Of a DNA stretch of 64,000 nucleotides, positions 62,309 through 64,000 are shown in pieces; position 1 is the stretch's first letter, and each line of letters begins with the position of its first letter. The position numbers and the translations under genes were made by a program. A model generated the notes under the pieces. That model saw nothing but the letters and a program-made list of their open reading frames with translations. It was not told the origin of the DNA and did not search any database. Source of the DNA: Candidatus Melainabacteria bacterium. GTDB lineage: Bacteria; Cyanobacteriota; Vampirovibrionia; Obscuribacterales; Obscuribacteraceae. The DNA lies in assembly GCA_003153555.1 (NCBI GenBank), contig PLZS01000038.1:6120-70119 (forward strand). The letters are read 5' to 3'.

Positions 62309-62601
62309 AGATAACTATGGTCGTCCAGATAGACGCCTGTCGCTTCACCTCGGCCGCCATCCCATTTGAAGATAAGCCGCCATTGTTTGTTGACGCGAAG
62401 CGAATGGAAACCTTCCAAATTGCCACTTAGTTTTTCAAGATGGTTGCTGGGTGGCACCCGTAAATCCTGATCCGTCATCGCATCGTCGATCATCTGAATT
62501 TTACGGAACAAGCGGCTTTCGAGATCGGGTGGGATTTTCTTCGATCGAACGTCCTCGACAAAGAAATTGCGCAACCAGTCGTCCTGAAAGCTCACGATCA
62601 T
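62305..62601 (-). CDS. higB: HigB-type plasmid-maintenance killer toxin (RelE fold)
   Basis: FQDDWLRNFFVED......P.DLESRLFRKIQMIDDA..DQDLRVPPSNHLEKLSGNLEGFHSLRVNKQWRLIFKW. It overlaps higA by 4 nt. Confidence 0.85.
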   Translation of the reverse strand: MIVSFQDDWLRNFFVEDVRSKKIPPDLESRLFRKIQMIDDAMTDQDLRVPPSNHLEKLSGNLEGFHSLRVNKQWRLIFKWDGGRGEATGVYLDDHSYL

Positions 62602-62681
62602 TCCGCAACTCCATTATAGGCTAATGTACCACCCACCGGTACAGATTGCAATCCTCTATCTTCGTAAAGCGGTCCATTTGG

Positions 62682-62818
62682 TTATGTCCAATCTTTGTCC
62701 AATCTTTGCAATGCGGTGGGTGCCCTATCTGCCGCAGTAAGGTTGTCTTCTGCTATGTAAGCGTAAATGTCTTCTATGTCTTGCCCAGCGTCTTCGGCAA
62801 AGGTAATGCGAGCTTCAT
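62682..62818 (-). pseudogene. ParE/RelE-family toxin, frameshifted near the start and truncated after ~35 codons
   Basis: ATG 62818 overlaps the antitoxin's 3' end. One frame over it reads RITFAEDAGQDIEDIYAYIAEDNLTAADR, the ParE N-terminal pattern (v.fs..A..Di.eI..YIaednp.aA.r). It then runs into the foreign patch at 62684..62723 and stops. Confidence 0.4.
62684..62723. repeat. patch copied from inside the DUF4143 ATPase gene
   Basis: atgtccaatcttt[gtccaatcttt]gcaatgcggtgggtgc equals 61151..61179 (29 nt) with an internal 11-nt tandem duplication. Confidence 0.85.
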
Positions 62819-62917
62819 CTCGTCTATAAGCTGTTCCTGCGCTTCAGGCATGAGGCTCTCAACCAGTTTGAGCACCTGGTCAAAAGTAGTCTGTTCTTCT
62901 GGTTTGCGCTGAGCCAT
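62774..62917 (-). CDS. short helical addiction-module antitoxin candidate
   Basis: GAGGT Shine-Dalgarno 7 nt upstream. The 47-aa product is MAQRKPEEQTTFDQVLKLVESLMPEAQEQLIDEMKLALPLPKTLGKT. It sits immediately 5' of the ParE remnant. Below the ORF-track cutoff as a separate ORF. Confidence 0.4.
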   Translation of the reverse strand: MAQRKPEEQTTFDQVLKLVESLMPEAQEQLIDEMKLALPLPKTLGKT

Positions 62918-63042
62918 GCTTTTTACCTCTATGCCTATCAGTATACGCGTCCAGGCATTTTGGCCAGCGATTGAATTTCCACCTTCATTCGCATGTACCA
63001 ATGAGATGCTGCCACTGGTGATTGAAGCGCAATGAACCTGAA

Positions 63043-63114
63043 TGTTCGAGACATCGCCGCTCAAGACGCGATCGAACAGATGGTGAATTCTATGGGTGGG
63101 AAATAACGCTTGAG
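63043..63114. repeat. exact 72-nt copy of the 3' end of gene 57784..58554
   Basis: tgttcgagacatcgccgctcaagacgcgatcgaacagatggtgaattctatgggtgggaaataacgcttgag is identical (72/72) to 58491..58562, including the stop codon and 8 nt beyond. Confidence 0.95.
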
Positions 63115-63148
63115 TCCATGGTCAAATACCGATTTCGGCTTCTAGAAC

Positions 63149-63171
63149 GGAACGTGGAAGAAGCGTTATGT
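63149..63171. repeat. exact 23-nt copy of a segment near the higB (48244..48552) 3' end
   Basis: ggaacgtggaagaagcgttatgt equals 48514..48536. It abuts the stop codon of the nucleotidyltransferase gene. Confidence 0.85.
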
Positions 63172-64000
63172 CACTCTTCATCTAACCGATTGAAATGCCT
63201 ATCATAGCCGCCTTTAAGGAAGCGGATAGTAATTCTTGGCACGTGCTCCAGTAAAAGATTGACGGGTCTAATACAACGGTAAAGAGGAAACAGCGAAGTA
63301 GGCAGTTTTACTGAAAGCAGATCATCCAATGTAGGCTTAATACAAAGCTCGGTAAGTAAGCTGAACTTCTCTGTGAACTCTTCTTTTAAATTCAATACAT
63401 ACAGCCAATTTTTAAACTCCTTCCACTGCGAAGCAGTTGGTTTCGAGCGAAAACGACTTGTTATTTCCTCGGCCATGCTGCGCACTACCGCATCGCTGTG
63501 TATTTTCAGCAAAATCGGCTCTGGCAGCTTAGTACCAGGTAAAAAAGTAGACAAATGCAAACCTAATAACAACATCCTTTCGGCGCGCAACTGATTCGCC
63601 AAATTTAGTAACTTCTGCCAATTAATATCCGGAACAGCGTCCAGGAATTCGGCTACATCAGTGACCCAAGTTAGCGAACTCCATGCATGTTTACTGGCAT
63701 GCGCGCAAAGCATTAACAAAGTCAACTCATTATTCAATGAAGTTATCTTTGCTCCTTGCAATTCCCACATCTTCAAGTTGTTCTGCAGGTCCTGGTTTGA
63801 GAGTGGAAAGTACTGATACGAAAGCACTTTCCAATGCAGATCAACATAGACATTCTTGTCTTCATTGTAAAAAGCATATTCGTGGCAAAAATCAAGCAGC
63901 TCCGCAGACTGAAAGAACCTCTCGTCGAACGTTCGACCGCGCCATTTACACGGTTTGTAGCCACGGGCTTTAAGAAGGATTTGCGCCGCGCCTACGAATT
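63171..64000 (-). CDS. nucleotidyltransferase-family protein (NTP_transf_5-like), 5' end beyond the window
   Basis: The frame stays open to the right edge (..FVGAAQILLKARGYKPCKWRGRTFDERFFQSAELLDFCHEYAFYNEDKNVYVDLHWKVLSYQYF..). VDLHW and the later HASKHAW.SL.W..D motifs are typical of PF14907-type proteins, from memory. Confidence 0.6.
   Translation of the reverse strand, partial: FVGAAQILLKARGYKPCKWRGRTFDERFFQSAELLDFCHEYAFYNEDKNVYVDLHWKVLSYQYFPLSNQDLQNNLKMWELQGAKITSLNNELTLLMLCAHASKHAWSSLTWVTDVAEFLDAVPDINWQKLLNLANQLRAERMLLLGLHLSTFLPGTKLPEPILLKIHSDAVVRSMAEEITSRFRSKPTASQWKEFKNWLYVLNLKEEFTEKFSLLTELCIKPTLDDLLSVKLPTSLFPLYRCIRPVNLLLEHVPRITIRFLKGGYDRHFNRLDEE

Noticed and set aside
63043-63114. Could the 72-nt copy of a gene's 3' end be a diversity-generating-retroelement TR/VR pair?
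   Set aside because: The copies are 72/72 identical with no adenine-specific differences. The copy includes the stop codon and downstream bases, and no reverse transcriptase is in the window.
1-64000. A search by eye for tRNA, rRNA, transposase, integrase, cas genes and reverse transcriptase.
   Set aside because: None was recognised. Intergenic regions are short except 47.6-48.2 kb and 3.4-3.9 kb, and neither shows cloverleaf-like or other structured-RNA hallmarks that I can verify without tools.

Overview
This is a 64-kb bacterial chromosomal window with no rRNA, tRNA, CRISPR array, transposase or integrase that I can recognise. The lineage cannot be fixed from sequence alone. As an inference only, the gene content (Uma2 endonucleases, a CHAT remnant, three Hanks-type kinases, many TPR proteins, an HTTM protein) is reminiscent of cyanobacteria-related or other environmental Gram-negative genomes.

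- **1-24 kb** is mostly housekeeping or ordinary: sirtuin, aldo/keto reductase, GNAT, TetR, Zn-ADH, OsmC, BirA, Apt, a long RecJ, DUF4127, a trypsin-like protease, TPR proteins, an HTTM pair and two Ser/Thr kinases.
- **24.4-31.4 kb** is the most unusual block.
  - Orphan Tad-type pseudopilin/vWA genes are co-transcribed with a protein carrying a Pro-Pro-endopeptidase-like (M34, HExxH..EAFAE) domain and a small secreted partner.
  - One pseudopilin ends in PPP sites followed by 30 consecutive Gly-Pro dipeptides.
  - A collapsed chimeric copy of the protease/partner pair lies at 21.5-21.8 kb.
  - The block is bounded by a histidine-kinase fragment and a CHAT fragment.
- **31.4-45.4 kb** holds a Uma2 endonuclease, a two-component pair, a TPR protein, a third kinase, and an Opp/Dpp-like transporter with two lipoprotein binding proteins and two permeases but no ATPase.
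- **45-64 kb** is accessory and decayed.
  - It contains two intact HigBA pairs and several broken toxin-antitoxin (TA) modules (MazF, BrnT/BrnA, Gp49/XRE, ParE).
  - It contains pstA/pstB pseudogenes and a visibly GC-richer pyruvate-kinase-like gene.
  - It contains an HprK-like P-loop gene, a DUF4143 ATPase and an NTP_transf_5 gene.
  - It contains exact short sequence patches copied from elsewhere in the window.
  - A four-member family of small coiled-coil genes shares a conserved ~100-nt leader. Members differ only in heptad number (3, 4, 6, 8) and were co-duplicated with a Uma2 endonuclease gene.
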